Of a stretch of DNA of 35,123 bases, positions 9,217 through 17,972 are shown in pieces. The notes under the pieces were generated by a model. That model was not told the origin of the DNA. It saw only the letters and a program-made list of their open reading frames with translations, and did not search any database. Each line of letters begins with the position of its first letter. Position 1 is the first letter of the stretch. A program made the position numbers and the translations under genes. This DNA is from Dehalococcoidales bacterium. GTDB lineage: Bacteria > Chloroflexota > Dehalococcoidia > Dehalococcoidales > UBA1222. The DNA is taken from positions 1 to 35,123 of the forward strand of contig JAEEOC010000005.1 in the NCBI GenBank assembly GCA_016284035.1, written 5' to 3'.

Positions 9217-9878
9217 TGTACGTCATCATCATGGGCGGCGGCCAGGTCGGTGTAAATCTGGCACAGAAACACCTTGCAGCTCGTGACGAGGTCCTCGTCA
9301 TCGAGCAGAATAAGAACGAACTCGAGTGGATCACCCGTAAACTCAATAAAGACTATGTGCTCTTCGGCGACGGATGCGAAGTCTCCGTCCAGAACGAAGC
9401 CGGCATGATCCGTGCCGATATGTTCATTGCAGCGACCAAACAGGACGAGGACAACCTTATTGCCTGCCAGATCGCTAAGAACCACTTCAATGTTAAGACC
9501 ACTGTTGCCAGGATCCATGATCCCAAACATGAAAGTATCTTCAATGCCATGGGCATCGATATCATCATCGATGATACCAATGTCGTCATCAGTGAACTCG
9601 AACACCGCATCGTGAAGACTCCTGTCGAATCACTTCTTGAGATCCCCAGCATCACTTCTCAGATCGTCAAAGTGATCATCCCGGATAACGGCAGGGTCGT
9701 TAATCAGCTGGTGAAGGACATAAAACTGCCCGATGAAACAGTGATAATGGGCATCTTCAGAAAAGATCTCCCGCTGATCAAGCCTGATGTACAGACATAT
9801 TACATGGCGGGCGATATGCTCGTCGTTTGCGTCAAGGAAGAATCCCGCGAAGCGCTCTTGAAGATCCTGACCAAATAG
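9216..9878 (+). CDS. trkA: TrkA family protein (RCK_N + RCK_C)
   Basis: MYVIIMGGGQVG, GDGCE, ATKQDEDNLIAC, C-terminal RCK_C-like region; TAATG overlap with the previous gene. Confidence 0.9.
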   Translation: MYVIIMGGGQVGVNLAQKHLAARDEVLVIEQNKNELEWITRKLNKDYVLFGDGCEVSVQNEAGMIRADMFIAATKQDEDNLIACQIAKNHFNVKTTVARIHDPKHESIFNAMGIDIIIDDTNVVISELEHRIVKTPVESLLEIPSITSQIVKVIIPDNGRVVNQLVKDIKLPDETVIMGIFRKDLPLIKPDVQTYYMAGDMLVVCVKEESREALLKILTK

Positions 9879-9883
9879 CAGGT

Positions 9884-10336
9884 CTATTTCAGCTTATCTT
9901 TGCTGTCCACCATGATCGTGACGGGACCGTCGTTCTCGATATGCACGACCATCATCGTTTGGAAGACTCCGGTCTCGACCTTAACACCGAGACCTCTTAC
10001 TTTTTTGATGAATTCCTCATAAAAACTGTCAGCGACCGCAGGCGGAGCCGCGTTTATGTATGACGGACGGCGTCCTTTGCGGGTATCGGCCAGGAGCGTG
10101 AACTGACTCACTACCAGCATCTCTCCTCCGACATCGAGCAATGACAGGTTCATCTTTCCGTCTCCGTCATCGAAAATCCTGAGATTCACGGTCTTGTCCA
10201 CCAGGTAGTCCAGGTCTTTTTCGGAATCATCGTTCTCGACTCCCAGGAGGACGACGAGACCTTTGCCGATCACGCCGGTCATCTTTCCTTCCGATTCCAC
10301 GGAACCTTTGTTGACTCTCTGAAGAAGTGCTTTCAT
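9884..10336 (-). CDS. dtd: D-aminoacyl-tRNA deacylase
   Basis: [33 protein letters not shown]. Confidence 0.96.
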   Translation of the reverse strand: MKALLQRVNKGSVESEGKMTGVIGKGLVVLLGVENDDSEKDLDYLVDKTVNLRIFDDGDGKMNLSLLDVGGEMLVVSQFTLLADTRKGRRPSYINAAPPAVADSFYEEFIKKVRGLGVKVETGVFQTMMVVHIENDGPVTIMVDSKDKLK

Positions 10337-10465
10337 GGGTCTGTCCTGTTGATTTATTTATTACAGATTACATCATTTTACGGACTTATGCTCCTGCTGT
10401 GTTTTTACCGGACGGGCACAGAGAATTATAATTAGTTCATTACGTAGGAAGGACAGAACTGTTTT

Positions 10466-10822
10466 ATGGATGACATCGTACGCTTGTTCAAAAAGGGCGA
10501 GGCCTGCCGGGCAGATCTTGAAGAAGCTCTGGCAGATAAACTTGCAGATCCCGAAAACCTGCCGCTGACTGAGATAACCTGTCGCGACGTCATCAGGGTC
10601 ATCAACCGATATCTGGATGACTCGATCTCATCAGCATTCCTTGAAGACTGGGCAGATACTGTCCTCAATACCGAGTACTTTGAGATCAATATCAACGATG
10701 AGGAGACCGTCGAGAGCGTACTCGCGATCCTCTGTAATGAAGATGATATAGAAAAACTGGGACGGGCGGAGTTTGAAGAGATCATCGAATGTCTTGAAAA
10801 CAATGACCCGATTGAGTTCTAA
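10466..10822 (+). CDS. Hypothetical acidic protein (118 aa)
   Basis: Clean ORF with AGGA upstream, ends 3 nt before folC; no family recognised. Confidence 0.7.
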   Translation: MDDIVRLFKKGEACRADLEEALADKLADPENLPLTEITCRDVIRVINRYLDDSISSAFLEDWADTVLNTEYFEININDEETVESVLAILCNEDDIEKLGRAEFEEIIECLENNDPIEF

Positions 10823-10825
10823 CCG

Positions 10826-12157
10826 ATGAATAACGAGATCAACGACTATCAGAGCGCACTGGACTTCATCTTCGGTCTCGTCGACTATGAGAAGATGTCC
10901 CATAACCGGGCGACGCAGAACTATGATCCCCGCCGCATCAGACTTCTGATGCATGAACTGGGAGATCCCCATCTGCAGGTCCCCTGTGTCCATGTCGCCG
11001 GTACCAAGGGGAAGGGCAGTACTGCCACCATGATCGCCTCGATCCTTGAGGAAGCATATGGTAATGTCGGGCTTTTTACCTCCCCTCATCTGGTGACCCC
11101 GAGGGAAAGGATCGTCCTGGGACGGAAGATGATTTCTGAGGAAGATCTGATATCAACAGTACAAGATATAGCACCAGTTATCACTCGTCTTAACAACGAA
11201 GAAGAGTACGGCAGAGTGACTACTTTCGAGACTCTGACGGCACTGGCGTTCTTCTATTTCGCTAAAAAGGGTGCATCATATAACGTCATCGAAGTGGGAC
11301 TCGGCGGAAGGCTCGATGCCACCAATGTCGTGCTCCCCAGGGTCTCCGTCATCTCGGTGATCGGCCTCGATCATACCGATGTCCTAGGCGATACTCTGGC
11401 AAAGATCGCCGCTGAAAAGTGCGGGATAATCAAAGATAACATCCCAGTCGTTTCGGCTGAACAAGCCCCGGAATCAGCTTTGGTCGTCCAAGAAACTGCA
11501 CAAGTTAAACACTCATCTTTGGCCTCAGTCGGCAAGGATGTGACCTATGAGATCCTTGACCGGTCCTATGAAAAAGAAGACCTTCATTTCATGATCCATG
11601 GGATGAAAGATGACTATGATATCCATCTGCCGGTGCTGGGGGATTTCCAGGCCAAAAATGCATCTCTGGCGGTCCTGGCGGCAGAGTCTTTGGATGATGA
11701 GAAGATCACCAGACAGGTCATCGAGGACGGTCTAAAGAAGATGTCCATCATCGGTCGTTTCCAGTTCATCGACGGGCCGGTGAAGATCCTTATCGACGGG
11801 GCTCATAACAACATCTCGGCGGATGAACTGCAGCGGTCGCTGGTCATCTTCAAAGATATCGTGCCGCGTATCCTGATCATCGGTCTGTCAGACGACAAGG
11901 ACTATCAGGGAGTTCTGCACAGACTGGTCCCGTTCTTTGATTACGTCATTACGACACGGGCCGATAATCCCAGGGCAAAGGATCCCGAGGAATTGGCGCT
12001 TGCGGTATATGAGATGGGCTACGACTGCGAGACGCAGGACAGTGTGAAAAAGGCCGTCGAAAGGGCCTCCGACTTGTGCGGTAGCTGTGGCTTTATATGC
12101 GTAACCGGGTCATTATTTGTGGCAGGGGAAGCAATAGGGTTTTTGAAACAACAATAG
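10826..12157 (+). CDS. folC: Folylpolyglutamate synthase / dihydrofolate synthase
   Basis: VHVAGTKGKGST, FTSPHL, EVGLGGRLDATN, DGAHN, VTGSLF. Confidence 0.96.
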   Translation: MNNEINDYQSALDFIFGLVDYEKMSHNRATQNYDPRRIRLLMHELGDPHLQVPCVHVAGTKGKGSTATMIASILEEAYGNVGLFTSPHLVTPRERIVLGRKMISEEDLISTVQDIAPVITRLNNEEEYGRVTTFETLTALAFFYFAKKGASYNVIEVGLGGRLDATNVVLPRVSVISVIGLDHTDVLGDTLAKIAAEKCGIIKDNIPVVSAEQAPESALVVQETAQVKHSSLASVGKDVTYEILDRSYEKEDLHFMIHGMKDDYDIHLPVLGDFQAKNASLAVLAAESLDDEKITRQVIEDGLKKMSIIGRFQFIDGPVKILIDGAHNNISADELQRSLVIFKDIVPRILIIGLSDDKDYQGVLHRLVPFFDYVITTRADNPRAKDPEELALAVYEMGYDCETQDSVKKAVERASDLCGSCGFICVTGSLFVAGEAIGFLKQQ

Positions 12158-12215
12158 CATCATCGCTGCATCATCACGATGCAGAACAGGGGATAGATCG
12201 ATTATCCGGTTTCTA

Positions 12216-12482
12216 TTAAGCGTTTTCCGCTTTGTTGAAGTTGACCTTATCTTCGGGTTTCAGCATCTTTTCAAGAAGCTTTTCCATTGCCATGGTATGG
12301 CAGCAGAAGCCCCAGTTTCCGAAGAATGAGCAGGTGCAGCTCCAAGCATCATCCTTAAGGGATACTGTATGAGTGTCATTCTCGCCTTGGAAACTGACGG
12401 TCATGTTCTGGAATGAAACTCGTTCGGGTTCGTTTGCGTAGACTTTGGCTTTGTTGATCTTGCCGATGATACTTGATTGCAT
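12216..12482 (-). CDS. Small SWIM zinc-finger protein (88 aa)
   Basis: WSCTCSFF....CCH = CxC-xn-CxH SWIM signature; GGGGG RBS. Confidence 0.8.
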   Translation of the reverse strand: MQSSIIGKINKAKVYANEPERVSFQNMTVSFQGENDTHTVSLKDDAWSCTCSFFGNWGFCCHTMAMEKLLEKMLKPEDKVNFNKAENA

Positions 12483-12546
12483 TTCAGCCCCCTTAAGATT
12501 ATTTCTGTATAGATTTTACTACCTAAAAGGGCTGATAGTCTATGAC

Positions 12547-14397
12547 TTATTTGCTGAACTGGCTGTTGTAAAGGTTGGCATAGAAGCCGTTTTTAGCCAG
12601 TAATTCCTCATGATTTCCCTGTTCGATTATGTCACCATTGTCGATGACGAGGATGAGATCGGCATTGCGGATGGTGGACAGTCTGTGGGCGATGATGAAT
12701 GATGTCCTGCCTTTGAGGAGCTTATCGATAGCTTCCTGGATCAGGACCTCTGTTCGGGTATCCACGGAACTGGTAGCTTCGTCCAGGATGAGGACCTTGG
12801 GATCGGCTAAGATGGCGCGGGCGATGGTTATGAGCTGCTTCTGACCCTGAGACAGATTGCTGGAATCTTCATCGAGTTCCTGCTGATATCCTTTGGGAAG
12901 AGCGCTGATGAAGTGATCGGCCTGGGCGGTCTTGGCGGCTTCGATGACTTCTTCATCGGTGGCATCGAGACGTCCGTAACGGATGTTCTCCATGATGGTG
13001 CCGCTGAAGAGCCAGGTATCCTGTAAGACCATTCCGAAGTAGTTCCTCACTTCATGTCGGTCGAAACCTGCGATATCGTGTCCGTCGAGTAAGATCTCGC
13101 CGCCGTTCAGGTCATAGAACCGCATGAGCAGTTTGACCAGTGTGGTCTTGCCGGCACCGGTGGGCCCGACGATGGCGACCATCTGGCCGGGTTCGGCTTT
13201 GGCGGAGAAGTCTTTGATGATGGTCTTCTCGGGATTGTATCCGAACTTAACATGTCTGAATTCCACTTCGCCTTTGATGTCGATATCCGAAAGTGACAGC
13301 AGTTTTTCGGCAGCGGTCTCTTCGTCTGCATCAAGGATTCCGAAGACACGTTCGGATGCGGCGGCCATACGCTGCAGTGTGGATGAGATGTTGGATATCT
13401 CAGTGATGGGGTGGCTGAAGTTCCTGACGTACATCATGAAGGCCTGGATATCGCCGATGGTGATGGCCCCGGATGCGGCGCGGATTGCACCGACGATACA
13501 GACTGCGACATATCCCAGATTGCCGATGAAGTTGTTGGACGGGTAGAGGAGACCGGACAGGAACTCGGCCTTGAACGAATGTTCGCGGAGGATCTGGTTG
13601 TCTTTTTCAAATTCATCATGGACCTTGTCCTGGAGATTGAAAGATGTCACGACGGAATTAGCGCTGAGGTCTTCTTCAACATGTCCGTTGACCTTTCCCA
13701 GATAGTTCTGGTTGTTCTTGAAGTGTTTCTGGGAGAGCTTGACCAGGATCATGATATTGACGAATGAGAGCGGGGTGATGAGGATGACGACGAGAGCCAT
13801 CTGCCAGTTCATGAGGAACATCATCACGGTTATACCGACGAGTGTGACCGTAGATGATACGATGCGGATGAGACTCTGGCTGAGGCTTGCTTCGATGGTG
13901 TCGATATCGTTGGTGATGATGGAAAGCACGTTGCCCTGACTTGCCTGTGAGAGGAAGCTCAGAGGAAGCTTGTTGATCTTCTTCATGACCTGGGTACGGA
14001 TATTGAAGGCGAACTGTGTCGAGATATTGGACATGAGGATCGCCTGGATTCCGCCGAAGATGGCGCTGATGACATAGAGTCCCAGAAGTCCCAGGAGGAC
14101 CTTTCCGATGTATCCGTAATCCATATTGGCGGGAAGACCTTTGATGATGTTCTTCACCCCTTCGGCCAGTTCGTCCGTGGCAAGCGCCATGATGCTGGGA
14201 CCGGCGACAGAGAATACCACCGATACGATCGTCAGCAGGAAGACGAGGAATATCTGGAACTTGAACGGAGCCAGCCATTTAAGAAGACGTTTGGTCTCTT
14301 TCTTGACGCTGGCATTCGTCTTGAAAGTATGCATATTGTTGATAGTGTTCCTGGTGGGAGGACCACTCTTACCCATTCTGGTTATTGAAGGAGGCAT
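12547..14397 (-). CDS. Heterodimeric ABC exporter subunit (TM288-like), TMD + NBD
   Basis: GPTGAGKTT, degenerate signature LSQGQ, intact LILDEATS and IAHR; start placed at ATG 14397 (TGATG overlap), track alternative 14406. Confidence 0.92.
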   Translation of the reverse strand: MPPSITRMGKSGPPTRNTINNMHTFKTNASVKKETKRLLKWLAPFKFQIFLVFLLTIVSVVFSVAGPSIMALATDELAEGVKNIIKGLPANMDYGYIGKVLLGLLGLYVISAIFGGIQAILMSNISTQFAFNIRTQVMKKINKLPLSFLSQASQGNVLSIITNDIDTIEASLSQSLIRIVSSTVTLVGITVMMFLMNWQMALVVILITPLSFVNIMILVKLSQKHFKNNQNYLGKVNGHVEEDLSANSVVTSFNLQDKVHDEFEKDNQILREHSFKAEFLSGLLYPSNNFIGNLGYVAVCIVGAIRAASGAITIGDIQAFMMYVRNFSHPITEISNISSTLQRMAAASERVFGILDADEETAAEKLLSLSDIDIKGEVEFRHVKFGYNPEKTIIKDFSAKAEPGQMVAIVGPTGAGKTTLVKLLMRFYDLNGGEILLDGHDIAGFDRHEVRNYFGMVLQDTWLFSGTIMENIRYGRLDATDEEVIEAAKTAQADHFISALPKGYQQELDEDSSNLSQGQKQLITIARAILADPKVLILDEATSSVDTRTEVLIQEAIDKLLKGRTSFIIAHRLSTIRNADLILVIDNGDIIEQGNHEELLAKNGFYANLYNSQFSK

Positions 14398-16538
14398 CAG
14401 TCCCACTCTCCTTTCGAGAACTGAGACTCGGTGATCTCACGGTAGGTCGGGCAGTTCTCAAGCAGTTCTGAATGCTTTCCCATGCCGACGATCTTTCCTT
14501 CATCGAGGACGATGATCTTGTCGGCATTCATGATGGTGCTGATCCTCTGAGCAACGACGATCATGGTAAGGTCTTTATAATTCTCTGCGATGGCTTTGCG
14601 CAGTGCGGCATCGGTCTTGACGTCCAGTGCCGAATAACTGTCATCGAAGATACAGATGGGTGCGCCTTTGATGAGGGCTCGGGCGATGGCAAGTCGCTGT
14701 CTCTGACCGCCGCTGACGCTGGTTCCGCCCTGACTTACTTCGGTGTCGAGACCATGTTCGGACTCCATGACGAAGTCCTTGGCCTGAGCGATCTCAAGTA
14801 TCCGGAGTATCTCTTCATCAGTGGCATCTGCTTTTCCGACTAACATATTGGATCTGAAGGTCCCCTGGAACAGTATGCTCTGCTGGGGGACGAATCCGAT
14901 GTTTTCGCGGAGATCGTGCAGTGTGATATCGCGGATGTCGATGCCGTCGATCTCGACGGAGCCGGAATTGGTGTCGTAAAGACGCATGATGAGGTTGACC
15001 AGAGTGGTCTTGCCGGCACCGGTGGAACCGATGATGGCGGTAGTTTTGCCGGGTTCGGCGGTGAAACTGATATCAGACAGAGCGTCAAAATTTGAATCTG
15101 AATATCGGAAAGTCACGTTCTTGAATTCGATCTTACCGGTTGCTCTTCCAATCTGTACAGGACTCTCTGGATCTTTGATCGAAGGTTCTGTGGTGAGGAC
15201 TTCTTCGATACGTCGGATCGAGATGAGTGCTCGCGGGACCATGACGAACATCGTTGCCACGATCATGAAGGACATCACGACGTGCATCGCATACTGCATA
15301 TAGGCCAGAAGGTCTCCCACGCCCATCTCAGATGATGCGATGAGGTCTTTGCCCAGCCAGATGAGGAGCAGTGCCGCCACATTCATGAGGATGGTCATGG
15401 CGGGTCCCATGAAAGCCATGGTCCTCTGGGTGAAGCGGTTGGTATTCTTGAGATCGTTGCTGGTCTTATCAAAATTGTCTTCAGCAAACTTTTCATTGCC
15501 GAAAGCTCGGATGACCAGTGTACCTTTGAGGAATTCACGGCTCAGCTGGTTGACGCGGTCGACCAAAGACTGCAGTTTTTTGAATTTCGGCATGACGATG
15601 GCGCTGAGGATGCCCATGATGGCAAGAAGTGCCACCAGTGTCACGCCAGGGATCCAGCTCAGTTTGATGCTGGTCGTAGCCGCCATGATGAATGAGCCTA
15701 TGGACATGACGAAGGCGAATATGAATAATCGAAGCACCATGATGATGAGAGAAAGGGTCTGTGAGATATCGTTGGTGCTTCTTGTTATGAGTGATGCAAC
15801 AGGCATCTTGTCGAATTCTTTGTTTGAGAATTTGATGTATTTCCTGAAGAGAGCCGAACGCATATTGGTCGCAAAGCCGGTGGCGGTCTTCACGGCACAG
15901 TAGCCGACCGTGACGTTGAAGAGCAGTACAACGAAGAGATAGACGATCATTAATAACGATCGTTTGATCATATAATCCATCTGGATCTTGTGGAGATCCA
16001 ACCCCAGGTCTTCTGCGAATCCTTTGGAGAAAGTCACGCAGATCTCAGCGCCGTTGCCGGTCAGTGTATATGTCTTTTGGGCTTCATCGATATATCTGCC
16101 GATGGAACCGTCAGCCACCATGGCATCGATCTCTGGCGTGTGTCCGTAAAACCAGTTAAGGGAGAAGGAATCGTCTTCATCCGATATGTCTCTGTAATAT
16201 GCGAGAGCTGCCATACATGAAGTGATGTATATCTCATCCAGTTCTTTGGATGCTGCGTCTTCGGAAAGGATCCAGTGACCGCTGTATGCATCTTCATAGC
16301 TGTTTTTGAAGGTTTCGGCATCTTCGTCTGTCATGAACTTTCCGAGAGTATCGATACCTTCGCGGGTGATGTCTGAAGGTGCTTTTTCCTCGAAACCGCC
16401 GTACTGGATGCCGACGTTCACGAGGTCGCTCATGATGTTCGGCAGTTTCAGTTCGCCATAAGCCCTCACGACCTGACAGCAGAGACAGATCACGATGAAA
16501 ACTAGGAACGGTTTGAGATACTTGATTACGGTCTTCAT
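14397..16538 (-). CDS. Heterodimeric ABC exporter subunit (TM287-like) with large insertion after TM1
   Basis: GSTGAGKTT, VSGGQRQR, degenerate Walker B CIFDDS and switch VAQR; long hydrophilic insert between the first two TM segments. Confidence 0.92.
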   Translation of the reverse strand: MKTVIKYLKPFLVFIVICLCCQVVRAYGELKLPNIMSDLVNVGIQYGGFEEKAPSDITREGIDTLGKFMTDEDAETFKNSYEDAYSGHWILSEDAASKELDEIYITSCMAALAYYRDISDEDDSFSLNWFYGHTPEIDAMVADGSIGRYIDEAQKTYTLTGNGAEICVTFSKGFAEDLGLDLHKIQMDYMIKRSLLMIVYLFVVLLFNVTVGYCAVKTATGFATNMRSALFRKYIKFSNKEFDKMPVASLITRSTNDISQTLSLIIMVLRLFIFAFVMSIGSFIMAATTSIKLSWIPGVTLVALLAIMGILSAIVMPKFKKLQSLVDRVNQLSREFLKGTLVIRAFGNEKFAEDNFDKTSNDLKNTNRFTQRTMAFMGPAMTILMNVAALLLIWLGKDLIASSEMGVGDLLAYMQYAMHVVMSFMIVATMFVMVPRALISIRRIEEVLTTEPSIKDPESPVQIGRATGKIEFKNVTFRYSDSNFDALSDISFTAEPGKTTAIIGSTGAGKTTLVNLIMRLYDTNSGSVEIDGIDIRDITLHDLRENIGFVPQQSILFQGTFRSNMLVGKADATDEEILRILEIAQAKDFVMESEHGLDTEVSQGGTSVSGGQRQRLAIARALIKGAPICIFDDSYSALDVKTDAALRKAIAENYKDLTMIVVAQRISTIMNADKIIVLDEGKIVGMGKHSELLENCPTYREITESQFSKGEWD

Positions 16539-16563
16539 TTATACAGAAGTGATTATAGATTAT

Positions 16564-17799
16564 TTAAGACCGTATGTCTTTACGGTTTGGTGTAGGTGTC
16601 ATTTTTTCAGAAAAAGCGTAATAGTCATTGACCAGACTCTTATACCCAAGAGCCTTGAGATCTTCGTAGCGTGCATTGAAACGGGATTTTTTCCTTGTGC
16701 CGGAATACAGGAAACGGATGCAGTCCTGGGCATAGAGATCGATGGCATGCAAACTTTCTGTAGTGTTGATCACGGAGAAGAACCAATAACTCCAGGTCAG
16801 CTCGTTATCACCGGCATTCTCCATGAGTTTCCGGTTGAATACTCTGATGAATGCCCTGGCGGCTCTCTCCCCGTCTTCATCGTGGCGGTCGCTCCAGCGC
16901 CGGAGGGCCCGGGCTTTCCTGCGCATCTTCTTCTTGAGTTTCATCAGTGTCACGGGAGCGATATCGATGACACCGTCCTTTTCGCAGAATCCCAGGAAGG
17001 TCCATCCTTCATCCGGTGTCGAGAATAACTCTTTGTCCGGATTAACTGAGAGACCTTTGGCAGCCAGAAGCTCTTTTATCTTGGCGGCATAGGATTCAGT
17101 TTCTTCTCTGGTTTTTCCGAAGACGATGATGTCATCTGAATATCTGGCGTAGGGGATCCTTGAAGATTCGAACCATTCATCCATGTCTTTCAGATAGAGA
17201 TTGGCGTAGAAAGCTGCCAGAGGCGTACCTGCCATGATGCCTTTTTCTTCGCAGATGATCTTTCCGCGGTCGGAGACTTCCTCTTTTTTCAGCAGTGCCG
17301 ACAGAAACTCATATAACGGAGCATCGTCCGAAAGTGTTTCCTTCAGGATCGGAAGAAATCTTTCGATGGGTATTGAATTGAAGTAGTTGCTGATATCGAC
17401 TTTATAGGAATACATCCCGCGTATCCCGGGGATGCCGGTAAGTCTCCGTATGGCGTCCTTGGCGGTCTTGCCGGGACGGAAAGAATAGAGATTAGCGGAG
17501 AATATCCCGTCGTACTTCCTTAATAACAGATATGTAAGGAGCTTCAGGACCGTCGTTTCGTCCTTGGGATAGATGTAGACGATACGTTTCTTTTTGGTGT
17601 CGATCTTGCTGATGACGGCTCTTCTCGGAAGCGGGAACGAAGCGGCATCGGACGTCTCATCGCAGACGGGAAGGTATCTTTCATTGTCGATGAACGATCT
17701 GAGCTCTTTGGTATACTGTTTGGGACAGACCAAAGACGTCTTATATTCGTAAAATGCTTCCCAGCGGGCGGGATCTTTAAGCTCTGCGAGCAGGGTCAT
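16564..17799 (-). CDS. Reverse transcriptase, group II-like lineage (YSDD), with maturase-like thumb and no endonuclease domain
   Basis: RT motifs in order: ISK..KKKRIVYI, YSFRPGKTAKDAI, KVDISNYFNSI, KGIMAGTPLAAFYANLYL, YARYSDDIIVF, GLSVNPDK, WTFLGF; thumb-like WSYWFF...LHAIDLY...LKALGYKSL; AGAAAGG RBS. Confidence 0.93.
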   Translation of the reverse strand: MTLLAELKDPARWEAFYEYKTSLVCPKQYTKELRSFIDNERYLPVCDETSDAASFPLPRRAVISKIDTKKKRIVYIYPKDETTVLKLLTYLLLRKYDGIFSANLYSFRPGKTAKDAIRRLTGIPGIRGMYSYKVDISNYFNSIPIERFLPILKETLSDDAPLYEFLSALLKKEEVSDRGKIICEEKGIMAGTPLAAFYANLYLKDMDEWFESSRIPYARYSDDIIVFGKTREETESYAAKIKELLAAKGLSVNPDKELFSTPDEGWTFLGFCEKDGVIDIAPVTLMKLKKKMRRKARALRRWSDRHDEDGERAARAFIRVFNRKLMENAGDNELTWSYWFFSVINTTESLHAIDLYAQDCIRFLYSGTRKKSRFNARYEDLKALGYKSLVNDYYAFSEKMTPTPNRKDIRS

Positions 17800-17823
17800 G
17801 CAGCTACCTTTCTAAAAAAAATA

Positions 17824-17957
17824 AAGGCAGGATGAGAAATCATTAAAGTCCGGAATGTTCCGGAGTGTACCAGACCGTACACGAACAACTGCCTGCGAAG
17901 TTGTTTTTGCGTTCGTGCCGGGCCCGCCGCAGGCGCTAAGCGTTCTCATTCTGCCTT
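17824..17957 (-). ncRNA. Predicted structured RNA directly upstream of the RT (~134 nt)
   Basis: 15-nt terminal inverted repeat with 14/15 match (17957-17943 / 17838-17824); hairpins at 17849-17864, 17865-17882 and 17884-17905; 7-bp loop pairing 17891-17897 with 17928-17934; U-tract at 17823-17814. Expression not shown. Confidence 0.7.
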
Positions 17958-17972
17958 GCAGAAAAGCCGATG

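Noticed and set aside
12166-12184. CTGCATC-ATCAC-GATGCAG hairpin between folC and the SWIM gene as a terminator
   Set aside because: Stem is present but has no U-tract on either strand.
16566-16596. Plus-strand AGACCGTATG-TCTT-TACGGTTTGG resembling group II domain V
   Set aside because: Wrong strand relative to the RT, lacks the AGC/CGC triad and the upper GNRA helix; treated as a simple hairpin.
16564-17957. RT as part of an intact group II intron
   Set aside because: Only 173 nt upstream and 25 nt downstream are non-coding; no domain V/VI on the coding strand and no interrupted host gene.
16564-17957. Canonical retron
   Set aside because: The terminal inverted repeat is a1/a2-like, but the RT lacks NAxxH and VTG, has a group II-like thumb, and the RNA has no long msd hairpin.
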